A DNA stretch of 52,976 nucleotides, filler included, from Limisphaerales bacterium (lineage in GTDB: Bacteria; Verrucomicrobiota; Verrucomicrobiia; Limisphaerales; SIBE01): the NCBI GenBank assembly GCA_044225505.1. It is 4 parts of 4 records of this genome, joined end to end, with 100 filler letters (N's around TTAATTAATTAA, not from the genome) between each part and the next. Parts side by side here need not be neighbours in the genome. Positions count along the whole stretch, not along the records: positions 13,298 to 26,575 come from JBGAIN010000203.1; positions 26,676 to 39,807 come from JBGAIN010000204.1; 2 more parts are not named here. One strand, 5' to 3'. A program made the translations under genes and the position numbers. This document shows, piece by piece, positions 20,343 through 29,613 of this stretch; within the stretch, counting starts at the first letter, position 1; the number at the start of each line of letters is the position of its first letter. Below the pieces are notes generated by a model. That model searched no databases. It saw only the letters and a program-made list of their open reading frames with translations, and had not been told where the DNA came from.

Positions 20343-21461
20343 ATGAGTATTAAGATCCTTACCATCGATGATAGTAAAACCATTCGGCTCATCGTCACCA
20401 AGGCGTTGAGATCATTCGATTGCACGGTTTTGGAGGGGTCCAACGGTGTCGAGGGTTTGGCGGTCGCCACCCGAGAGAAACCGGACTTGATCCTGCTTGA
20501 TTACACCATGCCAGTCATGGACGGTCTTGAAGTCCTGGCGCGCTTACGGTCGGACCCCGATCTCAAGACCACACCCGTCATCATGCTCACGGCGGAAGCC
20601 GGGCGAGAGACGGTGGTCAAGATTGCGAAGCTTGGCGTTCGTGACTACATCATAAAGCCATTTAAGGAAGAACTTCTGACCGAACGAGTCGGTCGAGTGG
20701 TTACTCTCAAAGCCCGCACGGCCGAAGTTCAGAAAGCGCGGCGGTTTGACGATCCGATCAGCGTTTTGGTCGTGGATGACAAACCGACCATCGTCGAACA
20801 GATTCGAGCTGGTCTCAGCGATACGCCTTGGGTCATCAGCAGTGCGGACCAGTCCGGCCAAGCGACCGATATTTGCATGAAGAAACCGGTCGACGTCGTT
20901 TTGGCCAGCTTGTCCCTGCCCAAAGATGGCGCTTACTTGCTCCTCCAGAACCTTCGGGCCTACGCAAATACGGCGTCGGTCCCGGTCTTTGCGCTCTGCG
21001 TCAAGACGGAAACTTCCGAACAGTCGCGCGCCCAGCACGCTGGATTCGCTTCCATTGTCACCAAACCGATCGATTGCGATGATTTGAAGTCCAAGATCAG
21101 CCGAGCACTTCGGCTCGAAACTTCCTACAAGTACTTTCAGTTGCGAGATCGTGCTTTGGTCCTGACTGTCCCCAACGCCCTGGGAAAAGGAGTGATTCAC
21201 GAAATTTCCACGCGGCTTAAAGATCAGCTCATCGCCACGGTCGATGCAGGCGCTGGTAAACTCGTGGTCGATATCAGCCAACTGGACAAATCTGACCTTA
21301 TTGTGATCGAGTTGATCATGTCCACGATTCAGGCGAGCGCGGAACTTTCGCTTAAGCACGTCATCGTTGCGTCCGATAAGTTTAAGAAAGATTGCGCTAC
21401 CTACGAGGAAACACAGAGTTGGGCCTTCGTTTCGAATATGGAGATGGCGATGGCTCAATGA
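20343..21461 (+). CDS. Response regulator: CheY-like REC, pseudo-REC and STAS-like C-terminus
   Basis: REC1 has IDDS, LILLDYTMP, T and KP; REC2 has VDDK but VVLASLSLP, lacking the phospho-Asp; C-terminal KLVVDISQL is STAS-like. Confidence 0.85.
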   Translation: MSIKILTIDDSKTIRLIVTKALRSFDCTVLEGSNGVEGLAVATREKPDLILLDYTMPVMDGLEVLARLRSDPDLKTTPVIMLTAEAGRETVVKIAKLGVRDYIIKPFKEELLTERVGRVVTLKARTAEVQKARRFDDPISVLVVDDKPTIVEQIRAGLSDTPWVISSADQSGQATDICMKKPVDVVLASLSLPKDGAYLLLQNLRAYANTASVPVFALCVKTETSEQSRAQHAGFASIVTKPIDCDDLKSKISRALRLETSYKYFQLRDRALVLTVPNALGKGVIHEISTRLKDQLIATVDAGAGKLVVDISQLDKSDLIVIELIMSTIQASAELSLKHVIVASDKFKKDCATYEETQSWAFVSNMEMAMAQ

Positions 21462-21552
21462 CGGGTCGGAGTCAGCGGCTTGTGAGTCGGCTGAAGACGG
21501 CCGATCGGGTTTGTTTCGGTCTCGCCGTCGTGCTGGAACGCAATTCTGATAT

Positions 21553-22597
21553 ATGAGTGCTACGGCAGCCCCAACATCGGAAGCTTCGGCAGCAACCGCC
21601 TCTCTCACGAAGGTCCAAAAACTCGCGGCTCTCTTGCTCATCCTTAGCCCCGACAGCGCCGCCCAGGTCCTCAAGAACCTCGATGAAGAGGAATTGATGG
21701 CGGTCTCGACCGCGATGGCCGAGATGAAGCTGATCGACGCCGAATCGCAACGAGCGTTGATCGAAGAATTTGGCAATGTTGCGGCCGGGCGGCCGCAGCG
21801 GCCATCGAAGGTGGGTGGATCGCACCCAAGCGTTGCTGGAAAAAGGGATCGGCCTCTTAAAGGCGGCCGAAGTTATAGGACGAATTTCGCCAGCTCCACC
21901 GCCCGTTGCCGCGATGAAGCAACTGGCGGATATGGAACCGCGGCATCTTTTTAACCTTTTGCGCCGCGAGCAGCCGCAGACCATTGCCATGGTCGCTTGC
22001 TATCTCACTCCCGAGAAAATGTCGCAGGTCCTCCTCTTGATGCGGCCTGACCTTCTGGAAGATGTGGTCGCCCGGCTCGGAGCGATCTCCCCAACCTCGG
22101 TTGAGGCGGTCGAAGCGGTGGTGGAGGTTCTGCAGCCAAAATTGAGAAATCTGCAGCACCGGCCTTACAATCAGACTGAAGGTTCCAAAATGGCTGCCCA
22201 AGTGCTCAACGCCATGGACAAAACGGTCAGCAAATCGATCCTGATGTCGATCGAGGAGCGCAACCCGGAACTCGCCCGGGCGATTGGCCGAAAAATGTTC
22301 ACCTTCGAAGATGTCTGCCGGCTCGATGCCTCTGTCCGTCAGAAGATTCTCCAGGAAGTCAGCAAGAAAGATCTCGCGGTGGCGCTGAAGCCCGCGGGCG
22401 AGAAAACGCAAAACTCATTGCTATCCGCCATCTCGAAACGCGCGGCCGAAGCGATCCGCGAGGAAATGAGTTTCATGGGAACGGTCAGTTTGAAAGACGT
22501 CGAAGCGGCTCAAAACGCAATCATCGAAGTTGCGAAGCGGCTCGAATCCGATGGCGAAGTCGATCTCGGATCTGGTCCGAAGTCACCGACACCGTGA
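21553..22597 (+). pseudogene. fliG: Flagellar motor switch protein FliG, frameshifted (possibly a sequencing error)
   Basis: N-terminus KLAALLLIL in the 21553 frame; EQPQTIA, KMFTFEDV, SKRAAE and VEAAQ in the 21770 frame; adding one G to each GGG run (21787-89, 21813-15) restores ...IEGGVDRT... Confidence 0.85.
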
Positions 22598-22634
22598 GCT
22601 GACCTGAACCCAAGATCGATCGCCAAGCACATTT

Positions 22635-23654
22635 ATGGAAACAATGAATGCCCCCTCGTCGAGTGGGCAACTCATGTCCCAATCCGACGTCGAGGCCCTT
22701 CTCGCGCAACTTGGGAATTCCGAGCCCGCAGCAGCCGAGCCAGCAGCCGCAGAGGAGAAAGTGTCGGCCCCTCGGACGCAGGCGGCGCATGGATACGATT
22801 TCAGCCAAGGGTCGTTCTTGGCCCCAATCGAGGTGCGGCACTTGCGCTTGGTGCATGACGACTTCATCGCGGCGTTGGAGGCTCGCTTCGCCACCTACCT
22901 CCGGACGGAAATCCGCATCCAGATGTCCAAGCTCGAAACCGTCTCTTTCAAGGAGCTCACGGAAGAGCTGGCTAACCCGAGCCAAATCACATTGTTCCAT
23001 TTGGATCCGCTCGAAGGCGTCGGTTTGCTTGAGATTTCATCCGCGTTGGCGCTATCCATCGTTGATCGCCGCACTGGCGGGCCGGGCACGTGTTCCGACG
23101 CTGCTCGTGACATGAGTGCCATCGAGATGGCACTGCTCAAGCAGCCGATCGACTTGATTCTCACGGAATGGTGCAATGTTTGGGAAGGCATGGCGGACCT
23201 CCGTCCGAGTATTTGCGGACACGAAACCAACTCGCAGTTTCTCCGTTGCAGTCGGAGCGATGCGATGATGCTGTTGGTGGCGATGGAACTGCAGATGAAC
23301 GAAAAGAGCGAGCGACTCCAGCTCGGATTACCGCTCAGTACGCTTGAACCGCTCGTTGAGAAGCTTAATGCCCGGTCTGTCACCGACAAACCTAGAACCG
23401 CTGGTCCTCCGCGGCTCTCACCCGAGCGGATCCGCTCGTTGAGCGACGTAAAAATTAACGTCTGCGCGCAGTGGTCCTCCGTTGGTATCACCGCCCGACA
23501 ACTGGCGGAGTTGAAGGTTGGAGATGTTATCCCTCTCCATGACGGCATCGCCAGTGAAGTCAACGTCTTGTTCGAGAAGCGGCTCAAATACACCGCGGAA
23601 CTCGGGACGACCGACAATTGCTGGGCCATCCGACTTTTAGGCAACCCGTCCTAG
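22635..23654 (+). CDS. fliM: Flagellar motor switch protein FliM
   Basis: LMSQSDVEALL CheY-binding peptide, YDF motif, GG-x-G, C-terminal LKVGDVI SpoA domain. Confidence 0.88.
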   Translation: METMNAPSSSGQLMSQSDVEALLAQLGNSEPAAAEPAAAEEKVSAPRTQAAHGYDFSQGSFLAPIEVRHLRLVHDDFIAALEARFATYLRTEIRIQMSKLETVSFKELTEELANPSQITLFHLDPLEGVGLLEISSALALSIVDRRTGGPGTCSDAARDMSAIEMALLKQPIDLILTEWCNVWEGMADLRPSICGHETNSQFLRCSRSDAMMLLVAMELQMNEKSERLQLGLPLSTLEPLVEKLNARSVTDKPRTAGPPRLSPERIRSLSDVKINVCAQWSSVGITARQLAELKVGDVIPLHDGIASEVNVLFEKRLKYTAELGTTDNCWAIRLLGNPS

Positions 23655-23931
23655 TGTGGTGACCGCTAAGTCCTTCTACTTTCGTTGCGTTAAAAATGGG
23701 ACCTGGCGAGGCGCGACGACGGAGGATAGCCGCCGCGCTCTCTGACCGAGGAGCAACGAAGCCAGGACCCATTATCAGCGCAACCCTTTGGGCGGCGGTT
23801 CTTTCGCGCGCCCGCCGCGTTCCTCGCTCGATATCCCGACCTGTCGGAACGGGTCTGCGCCTCGCTCGCGCCTTACGGGCGCGCAAAAACCCTCGCCGCG
23901 AAAGTGCAAGAATTTAGCGGTCACCACACTA
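23652..23931. mobile_element. MITE, 280 bp, non-autonomous, TA-flanked
   Basis: Perfect 18-bp inverted ends TAGTGTGGTGACCGCTAA (23652-69 and 23914-31), extending to 33 bp with 4 mismatches; TA at both ends; internally palindromic; no transposase. Confidence 0.85.
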
Positions 23932-24268
23932 CGCCACATCGCTCTCTGATTTCTCAGCTTGGCCAAAAGGGTGGCTGGGCACCGCAGTTCAGCGGCTTCT
24001 TCATCGTCGACGGTCACGATCACCATCCACTCGCACCAGACCGTCCATTTTCTCTCCGGCCTATCGATGTTGCAATGGCCAAGCCCGGCGGCTGACATGC
24101 CGATCTCATCCTTAAGGAATCGGTTCAAAGCGCGCCGTCCGGGTATGAAATCGAGTTTACCTTGTGGGAAGTGTTGTGCTACTGTGCCGCAGAACTTTAG
24201 GCTTGGAAACCATCTTACACCCAGAGCGACCTGTAAAGTCGGCGCGTGTGCGTCGGGGACGATTCCCG

Positions 24269-26575
24269 ATGATGGTGCTGCTTTGGTTCGTCTTCATCGG
24301 ACGGGTTGGGGCGGGCGAAAGCGCGTTATCGGGGGTTGATTACTTTGAAACGCATGTCCGACCCACGCTGGTTGATCATTGCTATACGTGCCATAGCGCC
24401 GGAGCGACTAAAGTGAAGGGGGGGCTGCTGCTGGATAGTCGCCCGAGCTTGCTTAAAGGGGGCGATTCCGGCCCGGCTTTGGTCCCGGGTGATCCCGAAA
24501 AAAGTTTGCTGATTAAGGCAGTGCGGTATGCGGATGAAAATCTCCAGATGCCGCCGAAGAAGCGTTTGTCCCAGGCTCAAATTTCGGCGCTCGAGGATTG
24601 GGTGCGGATGGGGGCGCCAGACCCGCGCGAAACAGGTGCCCCAACGGCCGCGCCTGATCTGGCAGAGAATCACTGGGCGTTCCGTGCCGTTCATGAGCCG
24701 CCGCTGCCCAAGGTTCACCAACAACAATGGGTGCGAGAACCCGTGGACGCATTCGTTCTCAGTCGATTGGAGCGTGAGGGACTTGGGCCCTCACCACGCG
24801 CCGACAAAAGAACACTCTTGCGCAGGGTCTCCTTCGATTTGACCGGGTTGCCGCCGAGCGTGGACGAAGTCAGACGGTTCGTGGAGGACGATTCGGCGGA
24901 CGCCTTTGAGGCGGTCGTGGAACGTTTGTTGGCGTCGCCGCGATACGGAGAACGCTGGGGCCGCTACTGGCTGGACGTGGCGCGCTACGCTGATACGAAG
25001 GGGTATGTTTTCGAAGAAGAGCGCCGCTATCCTTATGCCTATACTTACCGCGATTACGTCATTCGGGCGTTGAATGAGGATTTGCCGTACAATCGCTTCC
25101 TGATTGAACAGATCGCCGCCGATCAGTTGCCGCTGGGTGACGATAAGCGACCGCTCGCCGCGCTGGGCTATTTGACGCTGGGACGACGCTTTCTCAACAA
25201 CACCCATGATATCATCGACGATCGGATCGACGTGGTCACTCGCGGGATGATGGGATTGACGGTGGGCTGCGCCCGATGCCACGACCATAAGTTCGATCCA
25301 ATTACCACGCGGGATTATTACTCCCTTTACGGCGTCTTTCTTAATACCGTCGAGCCTGAAGATCGGCCGCTGCTCGGGCCGAACGACCGGCCCGACTTGT
25401 ATCGCGAGTATCTGGCCGATCACGAGCGACGTCTGGCGGAATTGGACGGCTTTCGGAATGCCAAGATCGCCGAGGTGCGAGGCGAGCTTAGGCAGCGCGT
25501 GGCCGAATACATGGTCGCCGCCCATGATTTTCGTGGCTTTCCTGCGGACGCGGCGGAAGCCCTCGCGCGCGAGAGGAAACTCGATCCCGAGACGGTGCAA
25601 CGTTGGATCCGACGGTTGGGGGAGTGGTCTCAGGCACCGCATCATCCCATCTTCGGTCCCTGGTTTGCCTTGGATGATTGTTCCGAGGAAGAGCCAGCCC
25701 GGCGCGACACGGCGTTGCAGGCAGCGATCGCGTCGGAGGGGCTGAATCCACAGGTGGAGTTCGCGTTTCGCGGGCCTCCGCCCGGATCGTTGCGAGAGGC
25801 TGCGGAACGCTACGCGGCGTTGTTCGCGGAAGCGACGGCCCTTCGCGCTGGCCTTGCGGACTCCAGCAGCACGCCGCTTCTAAAACAGGCAGATCCCGCG
25901 TGGGAAGCGCTCGAAGAGGTTTTGCATGGTCCGGAGTCTCCAGCGGCGGTGCCGGTATCCGAGATTACCCGGCTGTTTGACGTTCCTTCGATACAAAAGC
26001 TCCGGGCCCTAAAGCGAAAGGTCGAAGAGTTGGACGCCACTCATCCAGGCGCTCCGCCACGCGCGATGGCCATGCAAGACGTGGACTCTATGCGAGCCGC
26101 GCACGTGCTGCTCCGTGGAAATCCCGCGCGGCTTGGACCGGAGGTGCCGCGCCAATTTGTGGCGGTCCTTTGCGGAGGAAAACCGCAGCCATTTCGGAAG
26201 GGGAGTGGGCGCCTGGAGTTGGCGGAGGCGATTGCTGATCCAAATAACCCCCTGACCGCGCGAGTGCTGGTGAACCGAGTGTGGCAGCATTACTTCGGCG
26301 TCGGGTTGGTCAGGACCCCGAGCGATTTCGGTCTGCGCAGCGATCCGCCAAGCCATCCAGAACTACTGGATCATCTCGCCGCACGGTTCGTGCGAGAAGG
26401 TTGGTCGCTGAAACGGCTGCATCGCTGGATTCTTCTTTCCAACACTTATCAGCAAGCCTCGGACGATCGGGCGGAGGGACTTCGCCTTGACCCGGGCAAC
26501 CAATGGCTTTGGAAGATGAATCGTCGTCGGCTCGATTTTGAAGCGACTCGCGATACGCTGCTGGCGGCGGGGGGC
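24269..26575 (+). CDS. Planctomycete cytochrome c + DUF1549 + DUF1553 protein (cut by contig end)
   Basis: CYTCH, LLKGGDSGPA, HWAF, LLRRVSFDLTGLPP, YGERWGRYWLDVARY, CARCHDHKFDP, SGRLELA, PSHPELLD. Confidence 0.95.
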
Positions 26576-26675
26576 NNNNNNNNNNNNNNNNNNNNNNNNN
26601 NNNNNNNNNNNNNNNNNNNTTAATTAATTAANNNNNNNNNNNNNNNNNNNNNNNNNNNNNNNNNNNNNNNNNNNN
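26576..26675. other. Artificial contig linker
   Basis: Same N44-TTAATTAATTAA-N44 spacer. Confidence 0.99.
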
Positions 26676-26676
26676 A

Positions 26677-27837
26677 CGCCGGGGACCGGAAGGCAAGTTT
26701 GCCATCATTGACATTGATCTATCCAAGTATTACCGGCTGGCCGCCCGCATTGGCAAGGAACAGAAGGAGGCGCGCTCGTATCTCAAGTACGGCATCGCCA
26801 CGCGCTATAGGCAGTTCAACCGACTGATCGAACAAATCGAGCACGTCGCGATTCACGCGAAGGAGCCGATGCTGCTGACCGGGCCAACCGGGGCCGGGAA
26901 ATCGCAACTGGCTCGCCGCATCTACGAACTCAAGAAGTCCCGGCACCAAATAACCGGCGCCTTCGTGGAAGTGAATTGCGCCACCTTGCGGGGTGACGCC
27001 GCGATGTCAGCGTTGTTTGGTCACGTGAGGGGTGCGTTCACCGGGGCGCTGAAGGATCGTCCCGGTCTCCTGCGAACAGCGGACAATGGCCTGCTGTTCC
27101 TCGACGAGATTGGGGAACTTGGATTGGATGAACAGGCGATGCTGCTCCGAGCTTTGGAAGATAAACGATTTTTGCCATTTGGCGGCGACCGGGAGGTCAG
27201 CAGCAGCTTCCAGTTGATTGCCGGAACTAATCGCGAGCTTCCAATTGCTGTCCGTGAAGGCCGTTTCCGTGAAGACCTCCTGGCCCGGACGAATCTTTGG
27301 ACATTTCATCTCCCTGGCTTGCGCGAGCGCCCCGAGGACATCGAACCCAACCTTGATTACGAGTTGGATCAATATGCCCGCAAGAGCAGCTTGCGCGTCA
27401 CGATGAGCACGGAAGTTCGCGAGGATTTCCTGAAATTTGCCCAATCGCCAGCGGCCAAATGGTCCGCCAACTTTCGTGACTTGAATGCCTGCATCACGCG
27501 CATGGCCACGTTGTCACCTGGCGGGCGCATCACCGCGGATGTCCTGGCTGAGGAAATTGAACGTTTGAAGGCTGGCTGGTCACCCCCGACATCCGACGGT
27601 GACCATGAGGCGGTGTTGGCGGGCGTGTTAAGCGAAAAAGCGAGAGAAGCGCTGGATCTGTTTGATCAGGCGCAGCTGGCATTTGTAATCCAGGTTTGCC
27701 GGGAATCCGCCACGCTGTCGGACGCGGGCCGCAAACTGTTCGCCGCTACGCGAGAGAACCGAAAAACCGCGAACGACGCGGACCGGTTGCGCAAGTATCT
27801 CGCCAGGTTCGACCTCGACTGGCAAAACTTGAAATAG
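26677..27837 (+). CDS. rtcR: Sigma54-dependent RNA-repair regulator RtcR (5' part missing)
   Basis: IIDIDLSKY...GIATR..FNRLIEQIE, GPTGAGKS, VEVNCATLRGD, FGHVRGAFTGA, EDIEPNLDYE and NDADRLRKYLARF match RtcR. Confidence 0.95.
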   Translation, partial: RRGPEGKFAIIDIDLSKYYRLAARIGKEQKEARSYLKYGIATRYRQFNRLIEQIEHVAIHAKEPMLLTGPTGAGKSQLARRIYELKKSRHQITGAFVEVNCATLRGDAAMSALFGHVRGAFTGALKDRPGLLRTADNGLLFLDEIGELGLDEQAMLLRALEDKRFLPFGGDREVSSSFQLIAGTNRELPIAVREGRFREDLLARTNLWTFHLPGLRERPEDIEPNLDYELDQYARKSSLRVTMSTEVREDFLKFAQSPAAKWSANFRDLNACITRMATLSPGGRITADVLAEEIERLKAGWSPPTSDGDHEAVLAGVLSEKAREALDLFDQAQLAFVIQVCRESATLSDAGRKLFAATRENRKTANDADRLRKYLARFDLDWQNLK

Positions 27838-27899
27838 CAATCCCTGCGGCCGTGATTCGCAAATCCTTCCGAGCGGGAGAGGTCGGATGCCACAAGCCA

Positions 27900-28037
27900 G
27901 GCTATCCGATGAGGATGGCAGCGCCAGTGCCTGTGCTGACCGTGGTTGAGTTTTTAATAAGTCATCCTGGCCATTGGGACAAAGTGCGCTTCATCCTTTA
28001 CACTCATGAGAACGAAGCGGCCTACGGGATCTTTTTC
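27900..28037 (+). pseudogene. Relic of a macro domain (ADP-ribose-binding/hydrolase) C-terminus
   Basis: GYPMRMAAPVPVLTVVEFLISHPGHWDKVRFILY...AYGIF resembles the GYP..AA....V.EFL....V.FVLF end of macro domains; no N-terminal half. Confidence 0.5.
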
Positions 28038-28169
28038 TGGAGGGCTGGAGGAGATAATCAATCCCACCTGAGGCGATGCTCTTGGTCGGCAGTCATCCAC
28101 GCCTCGTCCCGGCGGGTTGCTGCTCGTTCGCATGCCTTTGATGTTTAACTTCGATTCAGATTGCGCAGT

Positions 28170-28375
28170 TCAGGATTTTGAGCCACTTGCCAGAGCGTCG
28201 CGAATCGATTGCAGGGGCAGGAATAGCAGCAGCCTGCCCAAACCCTGTCGCGGTCGGGTTTTCGCAACAGCCAGGCGCCCCAACTTCACGCCCGCGACTT
28301 CTCGGGGCAACCAGCGCCCGACTTCGGCCGACAGTTGCTCCGCTCGAAGTCGGCAGATGTTCGAGGTGAAACCCG
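28170..28375 (-). pseudogene. Relic of a GNAT acetyltransferase (TacT/AtaT-like toxin)
   Basis: EQLSAEVGRWLPREVAGVKLGRLAVAKTRPRQGLGRLLL; start and C-terminus missing. Confidence 0.65.
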
Positions 28376-28378
28376 TGG

Positions 28379-28819
28379 TCAGGCCACCGTCTCCAGCGCT
28401 TTGCGTTCGGACGACTTGGGTTCCGTGAGCGCAGCGATACGTTGATCCAGCGTGGCCAGCATGCCGCCGCAACGGATCGCCAAGCCGAGCAGGTAGGCGT
28501 CGGTCACCTGCTGGTGCCCCAGCAACCTCACGCCAGCGAAGGCAACGGCCTTGGCGACCGGAAGTTCATCCGGCCAGAAGGCGTGGTCGTTGGCGGCGGT
28601 GTTGGCAGAGAGCACCGCAATGGCCTCGCGCGGTTGGACGGCATCGCGGGAGAACGCGGGATTCGAGACGATGCGGACGAAACCGGCCTGGGTGATAGGG
28701 CAGGTCGCCCAGCCCTTAGCGCGATGACGGGTGAACCATTTCACCGCGACGTCATGCCGCTCGTGGCTGGGCCAGAGCAAAGCGATGAGCAGATTGGTAT
28801 CGAGCAGGTAGCCCTTCAT
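28379..28819 (-). CDS. vapC: VapC family PIN-domain toxin
   Basis: LLDTNLLIAL, TCPITQAGFVRI, QQVTDAYLLGLA, LATLD. Confidence 0.92.
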   Translation of the reverse strand: MKGYLLDTNLLIALLWPSHERHDVAVKWFTRHRAKGWATCPITQAGFVRIVSNPAFSRDAVQPREAIAVLSANTAANDHAFWPDELPVAKAVAFAGVRLLGHQQVTDAYLLGLAIRCGGMLATLDQRIAALTEPKSSERKALETVA

Positions 28820-29043
28820 ACGCCTTCGGCTTCGATGCGGCGCACGTCGTCCGTGGTCACTCTCGGCGAGTCCGCCGGCAGGTGGAATACCACGAGGCCG
28901 TCCTTGGCCTGGGCGGGAGTGGAAGCGTTCAGTCCCTTGCGCAGCAGGTCCGAGACAGTCTTGCTGAGCGAAACGCCGCGCAGCTTCGCCTGGTGGGTGG
29001 CTAGCGCGAAGATGTCATCATCCAACGTCAGCGTCGTTCTCAT
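28816..29043 (-). CDS. vapB: VapB-type antitoxin (ribbon-helix-helix-like)
   Basis: MRTTLTLDDD...SLSKTVSDLLRKGL; 4-bp overlap with vapC. Confidence 0.88.
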   Translation of the reverse strand: MRTTLTLDDDIFALATHQAKLRGVSLSKTVSDLLRKGLNASTPAQAKDGLVVFHLPADSPRVTTDDVRRIEAEGV

Positions 29044-29049
29044 GGCGAA

Positions 29050-29095
29050 ACGATGCCTTGGATCCTGTTTGATGTCAACGGATGCAATCTGCATC
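29050..29095 (-). promoter_or_regulatory. vapBC promoter with operator palindrome
   Basis: Minus strand TTGACA-N17-CATCGT-N6-ATG; inverted repeat GATGCA-N3-TGCATC at 29081-29095. Confidence 0.65.
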
Positions 29096-29300
29096 ACGCC
29101 CACTTTGCGGTGCCATTCTAACTCATTCCATGACTCCCTCCAACGAAGAAGCCTTGTTCGCTGTCGCCCTCGCCGTGGCTCGACGTCGTGTGCGGCGATG
29201 ACAACGCCTTGCCTGCCCGCCTCGGATCCCTATACGCCGCGCATGACTAGTCAGACAACCCTCTGCCTACACAAGCCGAAGCCGTCCGTCACACTTTGTT

Positions 29301-29513
29301 TGGAACACCAAGGTCACATGCTTACTCATCGAGGACGGCCAGGTCCAGGGCGTGCGCGACGTCGGCCTGCGCAACGGGATGATGAATAGCCTTCGCTCGC
29401 CATTGGTCGTCCTTGCCACTGGCGGTGTCGAAAGCACTCTCAAGCCGGTGCGTCAGCATTGGCCGACAGTGCTTCCGCGTTTGGCTGGCCGGGGCGAAAG
29501 TGCTCTGGCTTAG
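29301..29513 (+). pseudogene. Relic of an FAD-dependent oxidoreductase
   Basis: WNTKVTCLLIEDGQVQGVR...LRSPLVVLATGG...VRQHWP, an internal FAD-binding segment only. Confidence 0.55.
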
Positions 29514-29613
29514 AGATCATCTCGCTCGGCAGTGGTCTCGAGGTAGCAACCGGCTTGTTCTGCGCACCCGAAACAACATTGACTCGCCTCCCGTATGATT
29601 TTGATGGAAGAGT

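Noticed and set aside
20544..21776. 410-aa minus-strand ORF
   Set aside because: Antisense to the response regulator and fliG, with no recognisable motifs.
28442..29389. 315-aa plus-strand ORF
   Set aside because: Shadow of vapBC and its promoter region.
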